Shown here: in pieces, positions 42,414 through 56,163 of the stretch | How positions within the stretch are numbered: position 1 is the stretch's first letter | How the letters are laid out: each line of letters starts with the position of its first letter | NCBI GenBank assembly: GCA_010909165.1 | Contig: MU008168.1 | Span: 1,426,001 to 1,490,000 of the forward strand | DNA: 64,000 bases | Reading direction: 5' to 3' | Source of the DNA: Anthoceros angustus | Lineage: Eukaryota > Plantae > Anthocerotophyta | Translations under genes and position numbers: made by a program | The notes under the pieces: generated by a model | Database searches by the model: none | Seen by the model: only the letters and a program-made list of their open reading frames with translations | Told to the model about the DNA's origin: nothing

Positions 42414-45084
42414 GCTGAGACATAGGTTCAGTTCCACTCCGGAGAGTGCCAGGGCACGTCCAGTCCCGAGTTTTCTGGACTCACATTCAAGCAAGCTGGA
42501 TCTGGACTTTCACTGGCAGAGATACATGTTGATTGGAACAGCGATCAATCCGAACGGGGACCTACGTTGTATGTCTGGTAAGGATCCCCAAACACTGACC
42601 TTTCCTCTACCCATATGTATACTTGCTTATGGGTAGAGGAACAACAGAGCTGCTCCGGAAACAGAGCTGCTTATGTTTGAGAGTGCACCCTTGAAACAAA
42701 CCCCTGAAAAGGAAAGATAAAGCCTACATAACTGGAGAGACTGAAAACAGGTATATCTCCAAGATCCAACCATGTTCCAGGAGGCAACCTGGGCAATTCA
42801 GAAAGGCCTTCCATGTGGATCCTTACCAGCTGCGACACCAACCATAAGCGTGCTGCATAACCCACTCCGAATCTTACATTTTCCATGTTCTCCCTTTGCC
42901 TTTAGCTCCCCCCAGTTTGCGATTCATGCACAGGGCTCGGTTGTGTCTTCTATCTATAAAACTTCGGAAACGTCTTTTAATAAGAACCTTAACAAGAATT
43001 AGTGTCTTGTTAAGGGTGCACCATGGCAAACCAAAGAGGATAGAGGGGACGGGGCACATTTTTTTTCACACCAAACTTTTCTCCACACCACAAGTTTGCC
43101 TGGCATGCTTGATTGTGTCCGCTTTGGTAGCAGCCCGCACTAAGGGTGCCCAAAGTAGATGCACCAAAGTGGCCACTTTGAAGCATACACAAAAATCCAA
43201 CTTCTTTTTTTAGGAACTTTCCTTCCGCATGGTTTGGTTCTGGTTTGGTTCTAGTTTTCTTTGCAGACCTAAGTTGTAGTGTGAGCAGGCTGAGTTTTAG
43301 GGAAACTCAGCCCTCTAGCACCCTTCACTTCAGCCCTTCACGCGGCTGCCAAGGCGGGAGGCTAGGGCGGCAGATGCGCGGCACAGGCACCAGAAACCAC
43401 CTCTCCAAGCGGGTGTGGGTGCGGCATGTTGAACGGGAGCGGTGAGGCGGTTGAGCGTTGAGATGTGCGTGGGTGCGACCTCTCCAAGCGCATGCATGGG
43501 TAGTCGGGGCTGCGGGTTGGGGTGGTAGGTTGGGACGACCAGTTCGGGGCGACCTCTCGAAGCGGGCAGTGAGGGCGACAAGTTGCAAGGCGAACAGTGG
43601 GGGGCAGTTCGGATCCTGCAGACGACATGGGCAGGATGGCAGGCGCCGCGCCTCCCTCTCCTCTTCAGACTACGCAGACCCCGTAGCTTGCAGCCACAGC
43701 ATGTGCAGGCCTCCAGTGGAATAGGGTTCCACGGTCTCCGCAATGCTCACCAAATCCCTACATGTGGCCTGAGCTCTTTTACATGTCATATGACCCAAAG
43801 AAGCCCATGCATCCTCCGTGCTACGAGGAGCTGAATGCACTATTGCAGCACACCGAAACAACGACCTCATTTGTCATATCGAGAACCACCCTGCGGATTT
43901 CAAAGTTTTTTTTGAGCTTAGGGACCATAGTCGCAGGTATTTGGATTGGACTTTGGACTTCGTACTTTGAGAGTGCCTTCTTAAAGCTCGAAGCACCTAT
44001 TTCATGCACCCTCACTTTAATGGTTGGCCTGGGGTCCTAACGATTGCTGCAAGTCTACGCAGTGGAAGCGCCTGAAAAGCCTTGAGGACTTCAAGTTGGA
44101 TGGCCGAATTTCATGCACATGGGTTGACTCACAGGTTGGACGGTTGGCCAGATGTCTTCTGCTGCTCTTGGATTTAATCACAATCTTTGCTACAAACTGG
44201 ACGCATGCCCACCACGTCTCCTGGAAGGAGAAGAACGATCTGTACATCACCGAGAAAATTGAGCATGTGGTCGTTCGAGAAGACGTTACCATAGAGCTCT
44301 GAATTTTCCATTTGTAGATTTCCACAATTTTGATATGCTTCAACTTTCGCACCATAGTTTAGGCTTACACTTGTGAGGCAGTTTTCAATTCCACTAGAGA
44401 CTCCTTTTTAGTTCAGGCTTGGAAACTGCTTTTTGTCAATTCAGGGTTCATTTCAACTTCCCACGTCTCACATTAGACTTGCATCTTTTGGTTGCAAAAA
44501 CTTGTGCCTTGCACAATCTTTTGGCACACATTTGTGGGCTTGCAATTTGTGTCACCTCTTTCACGAATGACAAGTTTATAATTCATGTTCAACATGTTCA
44601 CCTTTATCTAACATAGATCAAAACTCTTCCGCAAGTCAACGCTAAGCAGCTCCGCCATCCATCCGGCTTCACAAAAGAAGCCGCAACCACCCTTGAAAAC
44701 CATTACCTCCCGCCTTGCACCTCACACGAACAAAGTTCTCAAAAGGTTCAAGCCCGGCATGTCTACACCGTGTACTGCTCTTCAATCCATTCCCCCACCA
44801 TCTCCTCCAATGGGAGCCCTCGTTGCCTGCGATACAGGCACATGGTTGTCACCGCTTGATGAAGGCGATACATATCTGGTAGCTAATTTGTGCATTGCAA
44901 CCTCGCCTCATACACCATGTCCTTTCCGCATTTCCATGTCCTACATACAACTTGCATCCGTCAGCAGTAAGGGTTGGTATGCACAAGGATGACAAGCATG
45001 ACGTGCCATTGCCTTAAGAGGATCTCTGAAAACAAAGTATCTCTCTGAAAACAGAAGACTCTCTTGGTTTCAGAGAGAGACTTT

Positions 45085-45210
45085 TGACCGCGTTGGTACA
45101 TATTTACTCTGCACATGACCGCGTTGGTACATATTTACTCTTGGTAAGGCGCCAAAGCGGACACCTGGTACATATCTACTCTTGGTAAGGGCGCCAAAGC
45201 GGACACCTGA
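45085..45210. repeat. Interleaved short direct repeats
   Basis: TGACCGCGTTGGTACATATTTACTCT occurs twice and CTTGGTAAGG(G)CGCCAAAGCGGACACCTG occurs twice. Confidence 0.8.
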
Positions 45211-46466
45211 GCATGTGTGCATTAGGTACAATGGGAGGAGGAATTGGGGAACCATTTTGCTACTTTCAACACTCTCAAACGAAGTTTATGGTGAGACGTA
45301 TGCTCTAGAGAGATTTGTTTAGATTTGAGCATTCGGTAAACCATAATCGACAAATTCATGTTGGCACTTCAAACCCATTTTTTCATGAATAGCGGATCGA
45401 CGTATTTAGAGAAAAATCTTTTTGATGAATATCTGGAGTGAATAAGAGAACAAAAAAGTCCAGCCACGCAACACCAAAACTCGTTCACCAGGTATGGATC
45501 TTTTGGGTGGGGTGATTGTTGATACCATGTTTTGGGTGGGGTGATAGTTGATTCTAGAAGTTGGAACTGTGGGTTGTTTGAAATTCTAAACTGAAGGGCC
45601 AAACAATCCTAACTGCTGCGATATTTTCTCCCTTATCGTGTAGATTGCTCGAGAAAAAAACGCAGAAACTGCTAACAGTTTGTTCACTTGATCGTGCATT
45701 TGCTAACCACCATACAGCTCTCAGGATAAGCGTGTTCCTGCTTTCCTGTGATATTGTCCAGTTGCAAATATACAAATGAAGTGTACATTCAGCACCCTAC
45801 CCGCCGGATGTCGATAAAAATAGATGCTGATGAATCGCGATTGTCGTCAGATTCCAGTCGTTTCGGATGTTGGCATAGTTCAGGAATAAGTACGGAGTCA
45901 GCGTCTCAGAGCGAAACCAAAGCTTCCAGCACCATGCTCGCGTTTCAGAAGGTCGACCCATCGATATCCTTGAGCAACCTCCTGAAGTGCGGCGATCCAT
46001 TTTCTCCTGGTCCATACCATGCGTCGCAGCCCAATACTGTACATGCAAGGGTTACCGAAGCATTTTGATCTACGCTTTGCGGGAGAGTCACTCGCTCATC
46101 AGTTTGTTGCTTCCGATGCTCCTGCAGCAAAGTGTTCACTCTCTCTGCATGTACAGCAACGTCAGCAGATGAGTCACTACGCAAAAGCAAGTAAGCATGC
46201 ACAGCTAGTGAGCGACACGCTTTTGACCTGACTCTCATAATTAGGTTCACTTTCAATGTAACTAAACTCCTCCCTTACACACTCTCAGTAGGAAAACGAG
46301 CGGGAACCACCAAGACACAAATCCCCAACATATCAAATTGGAGGCATGATGGTCCCTACCACAGGGTACAAGGAATGGGGACCTACTTTAAGCATGCAAC
46401 TCACAAAATCGGATTGCCAAACGTGCAGAGGAATGATTTACCAGTGCTGCTAGAGACATAGATCTC

Positions 46467-48513
46467 TCAGAACTCATCGTCATCTTCCTCGGCGATGTGT
46501 TTGGCAAGCTCTTGTTCCTGCTGCTGCCTTTCTCGTCTCTTCTCTGCACTCTCCAGCTCCTTCTTGTGGGCATCTGGAGGAAACCTCAATGCCTTGACTG
46601 CCTCGTTATGAGTATTGAGACAGAAAGCAATACGGGAGTGAAAAGCCAGTTGAGGCTCCTGGGTGGAGTAGATGTCACCTGTTTCTTTTGATTGCATCCA
46701 TCCCTTAGCATGATCAACAACAGCATCTATTCCACCATCCCGGATGGCCTTTGCCACAATACTTTCTGCATCGGCAACTGTCATTGTTGCATCAAGATGC
46801 AGCTTTGCAGCAACATCCACAAGTGATATCCGAGAATATGATATGCTGATATTCCGGAGCCCAGTCCTTATCACATTATGCCGAAGTCGGACTATCAAAT
46901 TATGAGTCTTGTCCTTGAAGAAAACACTCCCATACTTCTCTGCTATGGAGCGAAAAAGCTCAAGGTCGCCGATGCGCACAGCCTTCACGACATGACATGC
47001 AGACTAGCTTTCAGATTCCAGCTTATTAATGCAAAGTCAAACCAAGAACAAACTTGAGGCGGTCGTAAGCTTACGTTGGTCAGCTCAAAGTAAGGTCTAA
47101 GAGCTTTTCTCATCCCAGGTTGCATGAATGTTGTGCGCTCTGGAATCTCTCCAAGCAGAAGCCTCACAATGGCAGCCCATTTATTACATTGAATCTGAAA
47201 ACCCCGTGCAGTGCTTGGTGCCTTCCTAGCAGCTTGAAGGAGGCACTCTTTGGCATCTGTATATTCCAGCTGAATAGTTCGTATCCTTCCAAGATAATAA
47301 AGGTACCGGCACAGCTGCAGTTTCACAATTTAGCAGCCATTCAAGACAAGAAGTGAAGATGCAGCGAGTGACCAGGGTACCCACCTGCTGATTAGAATGA
47401 GCCTCAGAACGTTGTGTCTTAGAGCGTAGCTTTTCAGCTTGGTCATACAGGTTGTAATGCAAGTAGTTGCGAAGAAGAAGATTCAAGAGGGTTTCCTGCC
47501 GGGTAACAGCGACAAGACCAACCAGCTGAACGTCAAACAACAGCATTCCTGTGCAAAACACCCAAGACAACCATCTGGGTACGACACGTCCACATGCAAC
47601 TTGCAGCAAAAGCTACCTGGCCCAAATCATCATGTCGCAGCGTGGCTGTCCGATGCAAGGCAAGTAGCGCCCTGCACAACCAAGAAACAGCTTAGCCCTG
47701 CACAACCAAGAAACAGCTTAGCCGCCACAAGTAGCCCCTGACCGCAGGAAGAGCTTTGGGTGCACTTCGAGCTCTCAACTGCACTTACCCCCGAATCTCT
47801 GCTAGAGTATCAGTGAGCTCAAAACTGTACGAAAAATAGTAGTACAGCTTTGCTGCCAACACATCCAGCGTCCTACGATTGAACTGCTGTAGCCTCTTTA
47901 TCGCCAACGTGGCAACAATTTTTGCCTGCAGAAACAACAGCTGAGAACCATGACTACCGTACCCCGCCCACCAAAGCCGCCAGCATTGAGTATGAAACCA
48001 ACCTCATCATACTTCTTCTGATCAATCAAATAAATGAGGACGATCAAGTAGGCGTAAATCTCCAATTCCGGCAGCAAGGCCTGCTTATGCACAGTCTGTG
48101 TCTGCGGAGGTGGAGGAGCCGGAGTATCCACTTCCATGACGTCCACATCATCATCAGCCTCCTTCTTCCCCTTGCCCTTTTTGCTTTTCAGCCCTTCCGG
48201 CTCCTTTTCCTCCGCTGCCGCCTGCAAATTCCCCACCACACGATCAACCCATCGGACCCAGCTCCAGAAATTCCAATTGGCGGGAAAAAAAAACTAACCA
48301 GCAATGTCTGACCTTAGAGACATGCGGCAGCAGCCGTAAGAGCGGCTCCGAGCCAGGCGGGAGGGTCTGTTTCAGAAACGCCACCAAGATAGCCGCCTTC
48401 AGCTTGCGGCGCGCGGCCACAGTGAGGCGAACGGCCCGCACCATGAGCCTCATCTCCTTGCTGGCCACGCCCTTCTCGATCACGCTCGCAATCTTCTCCA
48501 GCACAGACGCCAT
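46467..48513 (-). CDS. RPN3: 26S proteasome regulatory lid subunit RPN3 (PSMD3), multi-exon
   Basis: [73 protein letters not shown] and [16 protein letters not shown]. Confidence 0.95.
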
Positions 48514-48739
48514 CGCTGAAACTTGTCAATTCAGACGTCGTCTCCCGTTCAGTCTGGGGAGCATAACAGGGCCGTCCGTGGGCTCGCCCAGAGCACCATA
48601 TGGAGATTGGCCCGTCGGATGAGTTAGGGTTGCGGAAAGAGGAGCCACAAGTGGAAGGACAACTTCGAGGCAGGCCGCTTCGTGAAGTATTGAACTCGGC
48701 ACAACGAGAAGTTGGCCAACGGCCTGCGATGAAAGGATC

Positions 48740-51700
48740 AAAGTTGCCCCTTTCCCGCAAGGAACGGCCCGGGTGCAATGGGACCAGACACGTACACCGT
48801 CACCGCCCTCCCCGTTGTTGGACACACGTTGCTGATGAAGCTCCAAGACATCTTCTGGTGCGGCAACACGGGACTCGGAGACCCTGCTACCCCGACCATC
48901 CCTGTGGCAGAGGATCTAGATCTCGGTGCTGTGCTGTTACCTTTACCTTCCTGCGTCAGATTGCGTCCAGTGATGTGTCAAAGTAGCCGACATAGCCCAT
49001 GCTGCAAAAGTTAAGGAAGGATGGAAGGAAGATATAGGAGAAACCTGGCGGCTTTCTTTGCCGCCGCTTCAATGACATTATGGTACAAATGTGCTGCAAG
49101 AGAAACAGCAGAGCCGGCGACGCCAAAACAGATTACAGGGTGCCGGTGGTTGGCACTAACCAGCGAGCCTGAGGCCATCCCTGCAGGGGATCTCTATCAA
49201 GTCCCCTTGCAGCAAGGAGGAGGTGGCCGAATCAATGTCCATCTTGGTAGCACGGTACGGGAGCGTGGTCCCGTTGGGATAGTCCAGGGGACTGGCTGAT
49301 GCAGGGGAGCCGACCCTTGCGATTCCCTGCAACCCTAGCTGCTGCAACCGAGCTCTTGCAAGCTTTGATGCCAACTCCGTGTCACCTACCTGCGAGGGAG
49401 ACGAGTTATTGGTTAGGGAAGGAGAGTGGTGCATTGTGGTGTGAGAAGGAGGGAGCTGGTGTCATGCGTCACCTTGTTGTTTGCTGCCATTGCAACGTCC
49501 CGGGAAGTAATGGTCCTCTTCACGCGGTCTCGCACTTGAGAACGCCGTTGTGCTTTGAGCTCTTCCTCCAAGGCGACCTTATCACCCTTGAGCTTGTTCA
49601 TCTCTGTTAGAAGCTGGTTCACGGTGTTCATGAGGTCCATCTTCTCCGGGGGAATGCGCCCGTTCCTAGGTTGCCTCACCAGAAACTGTGGCAGGTGCTT
49701 TAGAGTCAGAACCGTAAGCAAGAAGGATGACTCTTGGACATGGATGTGTGGGAGGAGGCACTATGGCACCTTCTGGTTAAGCTTCAAAGTCTCAAGCTCA
49801 GTCTTGGTCATCTCATTTTCCTGCAGCAGGAACTCAAGACCATCACATGATGTTGTGCACCTAACTTCTAGTTTTTCCTGCAAGATAGGAGATGCAAAGC
49901 TACCTTTCGCAAAGCGAAAAGCTGAGCAACCAACTGAGAGCGAGCTGTTGTCTCTTCCTTGAGACCTGCCTCAGCCTGCGTCCTCGAGTTCTCCACTACA
50001 TTGAGTTTATTGTTCAATGAAGTCACCGTTGCTTGAAGTTCGTTCAGGCGCTTGTGAGCTTTCTCCTCCTCAAGTTCGTAGTTTTTCAGCTTTGTCTTCA
50101 GCTGTTTCACCTCTGCATTGAACAGATTCTGCCGAATGGGGTGCGGACAAGATCAGCCGTGTTTTTGACAAGCCTGGACTACCGCATGAACCCATATGTT
50201 GGATAACAAGGCATAGCATATGGTGAATTTAGCTGTCACCTGCAACGAGAGCAGCTCTTGTCGCAATACATTCTTCTCAAAGCGTTCTTTCTCGTTTGTA
50301 ACTTCGTGGTGTGGAGCGATCTGAGCCACCACAGGTGCTTTGCAGTTGGCTTCACGTTCCAATTGCAGGTTGCTTCGGAGCTCTTCGTTCTCTTGCTTTA
50401 ACTGGCGTTTGTACACAAATGAAGTTAAACTAAAAATCATAGAAAGACCAAAATAAGAGAGCTCAAAAAAAAAACGTTTTCACCTAATTAAAGGGCTTCT
50501 TACCTTGCTTCTGATTAACAGCAGAGTATCATTCTTCGCATCAACAATCACCCGAAGAAGTTGGATCCCACTCTCCAACCTGCGAAGCTGTGAAGTACAA
50601 TTTGAAATAGTGAATAAAACTTGTATCAAATACTACACAAAATTCTTATATTCTTTGGTGTAAATATGTATTAAAATAAAATACCTGTTCTGTTAGCAAC
50701 TTTGCTTCACCGCTTCCATGAACAGGCTTGTGTTTGGTAAGATCAGGTTGAGTTGATCTAAATGTGGGTAATACATGTTTTTGAAAACTTTCTACTGAGT
50801 CAGCAATAGAGATAGCTAACTCAGAGCCCTTGTTGAATGCATCTTCAAGGCAACGAAGACGGTCTACAATGGCCTTTTCATGAGATGATGCAGCTTGTTT
50901 AGTCTCATTCAAGGCTTCAGTAGCTTTTAATTTTTCTGCACATGCTTGATCCTTTTCGTATATGGCTTGTTCTAATTTGCCACTTGTAGTTTGCAATAGT
51001 ATTCTCAGTTGGTCCAACTCTAATTTTAGTTTTGATGTTGCAGTATGCACTAGCGTTGAAACTTCGGTATCACGCTGTTGACGTAACCTATGAAGCTCAA
51101 TTCGCTGTATTAAAAAAGGAGGGAATGTTACTAAAGGGATTCTACGTTCATTTGTTGTTATAAGTTTGTGTTGATAAAATTAATTTTAGATAGAGCCATT
51201 GCATACCTGATGTCTTTCACGTGCAATAATTTCATTAAGTTGAAATCTCAATAATTCATTCTCATTTCGTAGCGATTTAGCCAGGACACCATCTATTTCT
51301 GAATTGTGTGCTTCTCGCCTGAATGTATCATCATTATATGCTTCGCCTTGTTCTTTTGAAGACATCCTCTACATTTGATACAAAAATCAATCTATCGTAT
51401 TAGTAAACATGCGCATTTCACTTTGTATCAAAATAAAAATTCAATTTCAGTTGAAGAAGTTGTAACACTCACATCCCTAGCTGTAGGGAGGTCAGGAACT
51501 TTAGGTGCCTTGATTCCGGTTCTATTTCCGTCAACTGAAGTTACACATAGAAACAAGCCCACAAGTTATTTGAAACACTGAGGATGTAATGATAGCTGCT
51601 ATTGAAATCTTTCAACTTTGCTAACCCACCCCAGCCTCTTTTACTGCAATCTTCAATATCTTGCTCTACGTAATTAATGCTTCTGGAAATTGCATGTTGA

Positions 51701-51930
51701 TGATAAAAAAACAACAACAATATATCTTCCTTTTCCTAAACAAGGCTAGCTTAATAGTGCATACACAAGCAAGACTGCAGATAGGGAAATGCATTTCTTG
51801 AGGAAGTGGCATTGCAACTTGTAGCTGGCAAAGTAGCTGGCAAATCAGTCCTGCTAAATTTCAAGGGGAGAGATCCAATTGTTCGAGGGCCATATATAGA
51901 AGTAATAGCAACATTGCTCATTGTAGGCTC
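48740..51930 (-). CDS. Uncharacterised multi-exon coiled-coil protein
   Basis: GT-AG-bounded exons encode heptad-rich peptides (KSLRNENELLRFQLNEII, KLKLELDQLRILLQ, LKQENEELRSNLQLE, VKQLKTKLKNYELEEE, NQLLTEMNKLKGDKVALEEELK). Both ends are uncertain. Confidence 0.65.
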
Positions 51931-53983
51931 ATAAGTTCGTAGTAGATTGACTAGAGAAGTGTAGTTCACACCTAATAATAAAATATCAAAATATATTTGA
52001 TTGAACAAAGTACATCCAAAATCAAAGATTAGTGGATTGAACTAGCAAGAAAAAGAATTATTTTATTTAGAATGATTATTTTCTATGATAGGATTTGGAG
52101 GAGGCTTACATGATGCACAAATTAAAAGTGAAACTCATTGATACTTTCATTTTAAATGTGTGCTCATAAATATTTTGACCTTGTGTATGTTGTGTATGTT
52201 CCTTCAACGCTCAAATTAATCTAAAACCTAAAGCCAAATACTTGCTTCAACTACATCCTTAATTCTCATGCTGATAGAGCTAAATATAAGCACAACCTAT
52301 AAATCGACACAACCATTCTTATGTACATAGCTCATATGTATGAGCAAAAAGTAAATACTCTTAATTTGTCCGATATTTTCATCATAAAAAATTGCATAGA
52401 TTTCTTGCAATGTCTGTATATGTGAATTGTAAACAAGTCATGAGAGAGAGTCCATCAATTCAAAGGGTTGTCATGATGTTTGTTGCAAAATACCATTGAA
52501 AACAAATTAACTTTGTGAACAAATGTGCAAACACACACCATTTCTTTTTAGCCTTCAAAAAGTGTAATGATGGTTCATGCTTCCATGTGCCAAGTGACAT
52601 TGGGCCATCTTCTTTATATGAAAAATTCTATTTCTTGTTCCTAGCTAGAACAAAGCTCAAATAGTTTTCTTGGCGCTTGTTCTAGTACTCCACAAACTGT
52701 ACTCACTTCCATAATCCATAATATTTTATCACAACAAAGTCCTTCATATAGAGTCCTTGCCTAGTAAATTTCAATCAATGAAGGACACTAGTGTGAGCTA
52801 GTAGCAAGCAGTGTTCAAGGGCCACTGATACTCAACATTAATCACATAGTTCCAAACCAAATATATAAGGGAAGTCCTCCAAACCTCCTAAAAGAAGGGA
52901 GGGTGGATAAGAAGGACAAAAAGGCCTAACCGTCCAGTTGAGTTGTTTTAAGTTTGAAACTTTGAACCCTTTTATTTAGGTAAGATCAAATAAATGTGAC
53001 CTATGTGGTATGTGCAATAGAGTTCCCCAATTATGCAAACTTTATTCCAAGGCTTTGTACATAGTGCTTCGCCAATTAGAGTCCATCTATATTGCAAGGC
53101 TTTGCATGGAGCACAGTCCATCTATATTGCAGGGCTTTGCACGGATCACAGTTGGTAGTTAATTGCGCCCATCACCCATGTCAATATTTCAAACACAAGA
53201 AATTTAAAGGTTGTGATATTATGCATAGGTGCATACTACATATGTCTTGTTAACACAATGATGAAGTGTACATTATTTTTTATTCTAATAAGAAAATTTG
53301 AAGGCATAATAAAATTAAAACCATTTAGAACACCCAGAGCATGAATGATTGGGTGTTTTAGATGAGTCAATTTGCGAGGAGCAAAATATATGAAGAACTT
53401 GTAGACGTATTGATTGTACTCCGGTTTAATAAAAGTTGGATAATTTTACAAATTGTATTTGTGTTCTATAGAAAATCAAGGCATACCAAAGAAAGTATTT
53501 ATAAAACTTCACTTTTTTTTTCCAATGAAAGTCCTGTGATATTAAACTACATTACGTCACATAGCTTCTTGTGGTACTGTTTTAACAAACCAACGCTTTC
53601 AACTACTCAAACATATTTAAAATATTTGAAAAAATAATTTTATAATATCTGTAAATTTATTACTGGTTCAAATTAAGAAATCTTTGAGACCAGTTTACAT
53701 AGGTAGGTCATCTTGACTCTCTCACACAGTACCTACCTATGTTGGTGGCAATAGTAGGGGGTACTATAGCCTCATAACTCACAACTCAAAAGAAAACAGC
53801 TAGTGGACGCCTAGTTTACTAGGAATGGTAAACTAGGACTTGGGTATTTTATGTTTATATGAAAAGGAGGAAGGCAGCGCGCCCAGGTAGACGGGGGGAC
53901 GATGAAGGTGCAGGACGTGGAGATGGTGCGTCCAGTGAGTCCGATGTGTGGTCGCCCAGCCCGGGTAGAGACGCAGATGGAAT

Positions 53984-54749
53984 TCAGGGGCAGAAGATGA
54001 CGTTGTAGTTGGTGCCATGGCCGCAGGCGAAGGTGGAGGTGGCGTCGTCGTAGTTGTAGCTGTAGGACGTCGCGCAGGCGGCCTTGAACTCCCGGGTGCC
54101 GTCGGTGGGCCCGCGCCCGGCGGCGCCGTCGGTGTTGATGCAAACCAGAGCCCCCGTGGGCAGGCTGAGCAGCTGGTTGTTGGAGGTGCAGAAGCCGCGG
54201 ATGTCGGAGATGGTGCAGGAGGGCGCGCCGCAGCCGCTGTTGATGGGCTGGATCTTGAGCCCGATGGTGTACGCGTTCACGTTGCTGAGATCGTAGTAGT
54301 CGGTGGGGCTGGCGATGTTGAATTCCGCCAGATTGGCCAGGTTCCTGTCGTTGGCGGCGGCAGGGTTCCCCCCCGATGCCACGCACTGCCCTCGCACCGA
54401 CGCCCACACCGCCGCCGACGGCCAGCTGCAGGCCGACCCGAAGTCCAGCGTCTGCGTCTGCCCCGCGTTCAGCTGGTACTGGGCGATGGGGTCCGCGGCC
54501 GACTGCGCGCATGTGGTCACCGGGTACGGGCAGTTGTTCACCACGTTCACGTAGCAACCTGATTTGCACCACGTCCAAGGCAGTCCAGTTAGAGCCAGCT
54601 ACAGATCACCATGTCATGCCAAAGATCCACAGCATGTATGCATGCACTGCTGGTGCAAGCGTACCGTGCACGTCGATGATGAGGAAGCTGGCAGCCACCA
54701 GAGCCGTGATCCAGACAGCCCGCGCTGCATCGTAGGTGCTGGAAGCCAT
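53984..54749 (-). CDS. Thaumatin-like protein (PR-5 family), 2 exons, with signal peptide
   Basis: Exon 1 reads MASSTYDAARAVWITALVAASFLIIDVH. Exon 2 reads VVNNCPYPV...LAEFNI...DYYDLS...FKAACATSYSYNYDDATSTFAC...NYNVIFCP*. Confidence 0.92.
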
Positions 54750-56163
54750 CTCGATGTTCGGAACTGGTTCAGACCTCAGGCCGGAGGATTGCACGACTGG
54801 TGATGAACGGAGGCGTAGTTGGGAACTCACGAACTCTTGACTGATGAGAGTGTGGCGATGCATCCGCCTTTTGTAGGCCTCTGTCGAATAATTGAGGGAG
54901 TGGAGGACATCGGACATTATCCATCAATTGTAGCGTCCGTGTCAATCGGCCGGCCACCGGCGGCACCTGTGAGTCCAGGACTGGAGAAAAACCCTGCAGT
55001 ACTGAAAGGTTGCAACTCCACCTTCCACCCCACCACGTCAGGGACGTACGTCCAAGACGCCAAAACACCTGGTTGCCCTCTGGACTGTGAAAGTCGTTGG
55101 TCGTTGGGTCGGCGGGGTCCGGGTGAAGCTGCTTGGACACCACTCGCACGAATTCCGTCTTCCTCACGTTTTCTTGCTTTCAAGCTTTGTACCCAGCCAG
55201 GCCACACACAGCTGCAACAGGTCACAAACTATAGTACTAGTATTTCAATGCCTCATCAGAGTTACATGGGCCGATTGAATTTCACACGATTGAATTTCAC
55301 GACATGCACGGAATGGAAAGTGACCATGGGAACCTCTGGCCAACGACCAGCCTCCTGTCCTCAGCCGGTGCGCCATCCAGTATTCAATGCCTGAAAAGTC
55401 TCAGAAAGACATCTCCTAACCCTTGGGATAGGTTGTAGTAGCAGGCACCCGTTTACTAGAGTCGTCCCATGCGGCCAGGCTACACAGGACTGGATTCACA
55501 ACATTTGCTCCCCAGTCAAAAAGGGAACGCGGAGTTGTCCGGTGAGGCAGCCGAAGGAGAATGAAACTATCTTCCAACTACCTATCTACGGCTCCAAGCT
55601 TGTCCTGTCCGGGATAACCAATGGCCTACCTACAAGCACCAGTGCCCAAGATGCCCCGTCAGAAGCGACCTGAAGGAAGAAGGGAACACAAAGCGACCAC
55701 ATGACCAACGGGACAAGGAGCGAAGAGCCCGATGGGAATCTTGACTCCTTTGACCCCTGGGAATATTGCACAGGCATTTCGAATATTGTCTGCAGAATAA
55801 TATAATCTTTTTGGCGAATCACAGAAGCAATGCAATATCGAGTTGGCCGTGGCCATGCATGCTCACCTCCCCAGGCTCGATGCGAGAAAGGGCGGAAGAA
55901 GCTGCTGAAGGGGCGGCACGGCAGTGCGTGCTGTGTTGCGTGGAGACCTGCGCCCGCAACTCGACTTGACGGTCTTCATCCGGGTCCTCTGCACCTTGCG
56001 GCTGAGCCGTCCGGATGCATGTCCGCCTCTGCACAGCGCCATCGCGCTCGGATGAACCTGCCGGCAGCTTCTGGGGCTGCTTCCATCCCCTGCAGCTGCG
56101 CCTTCGTCGGAGAAGGTCCTTAAAGGTAGGTGGAAGAAAGTAGCTAGCCGCGGTCGTCCAACC

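Noticed and set aside
42900-45050. Transposon coding remnant between the PPR gene and RPN3
   Set aside because: It looks repeat-derived, but I could not identify termini or any transposase, RT or integrase motif.
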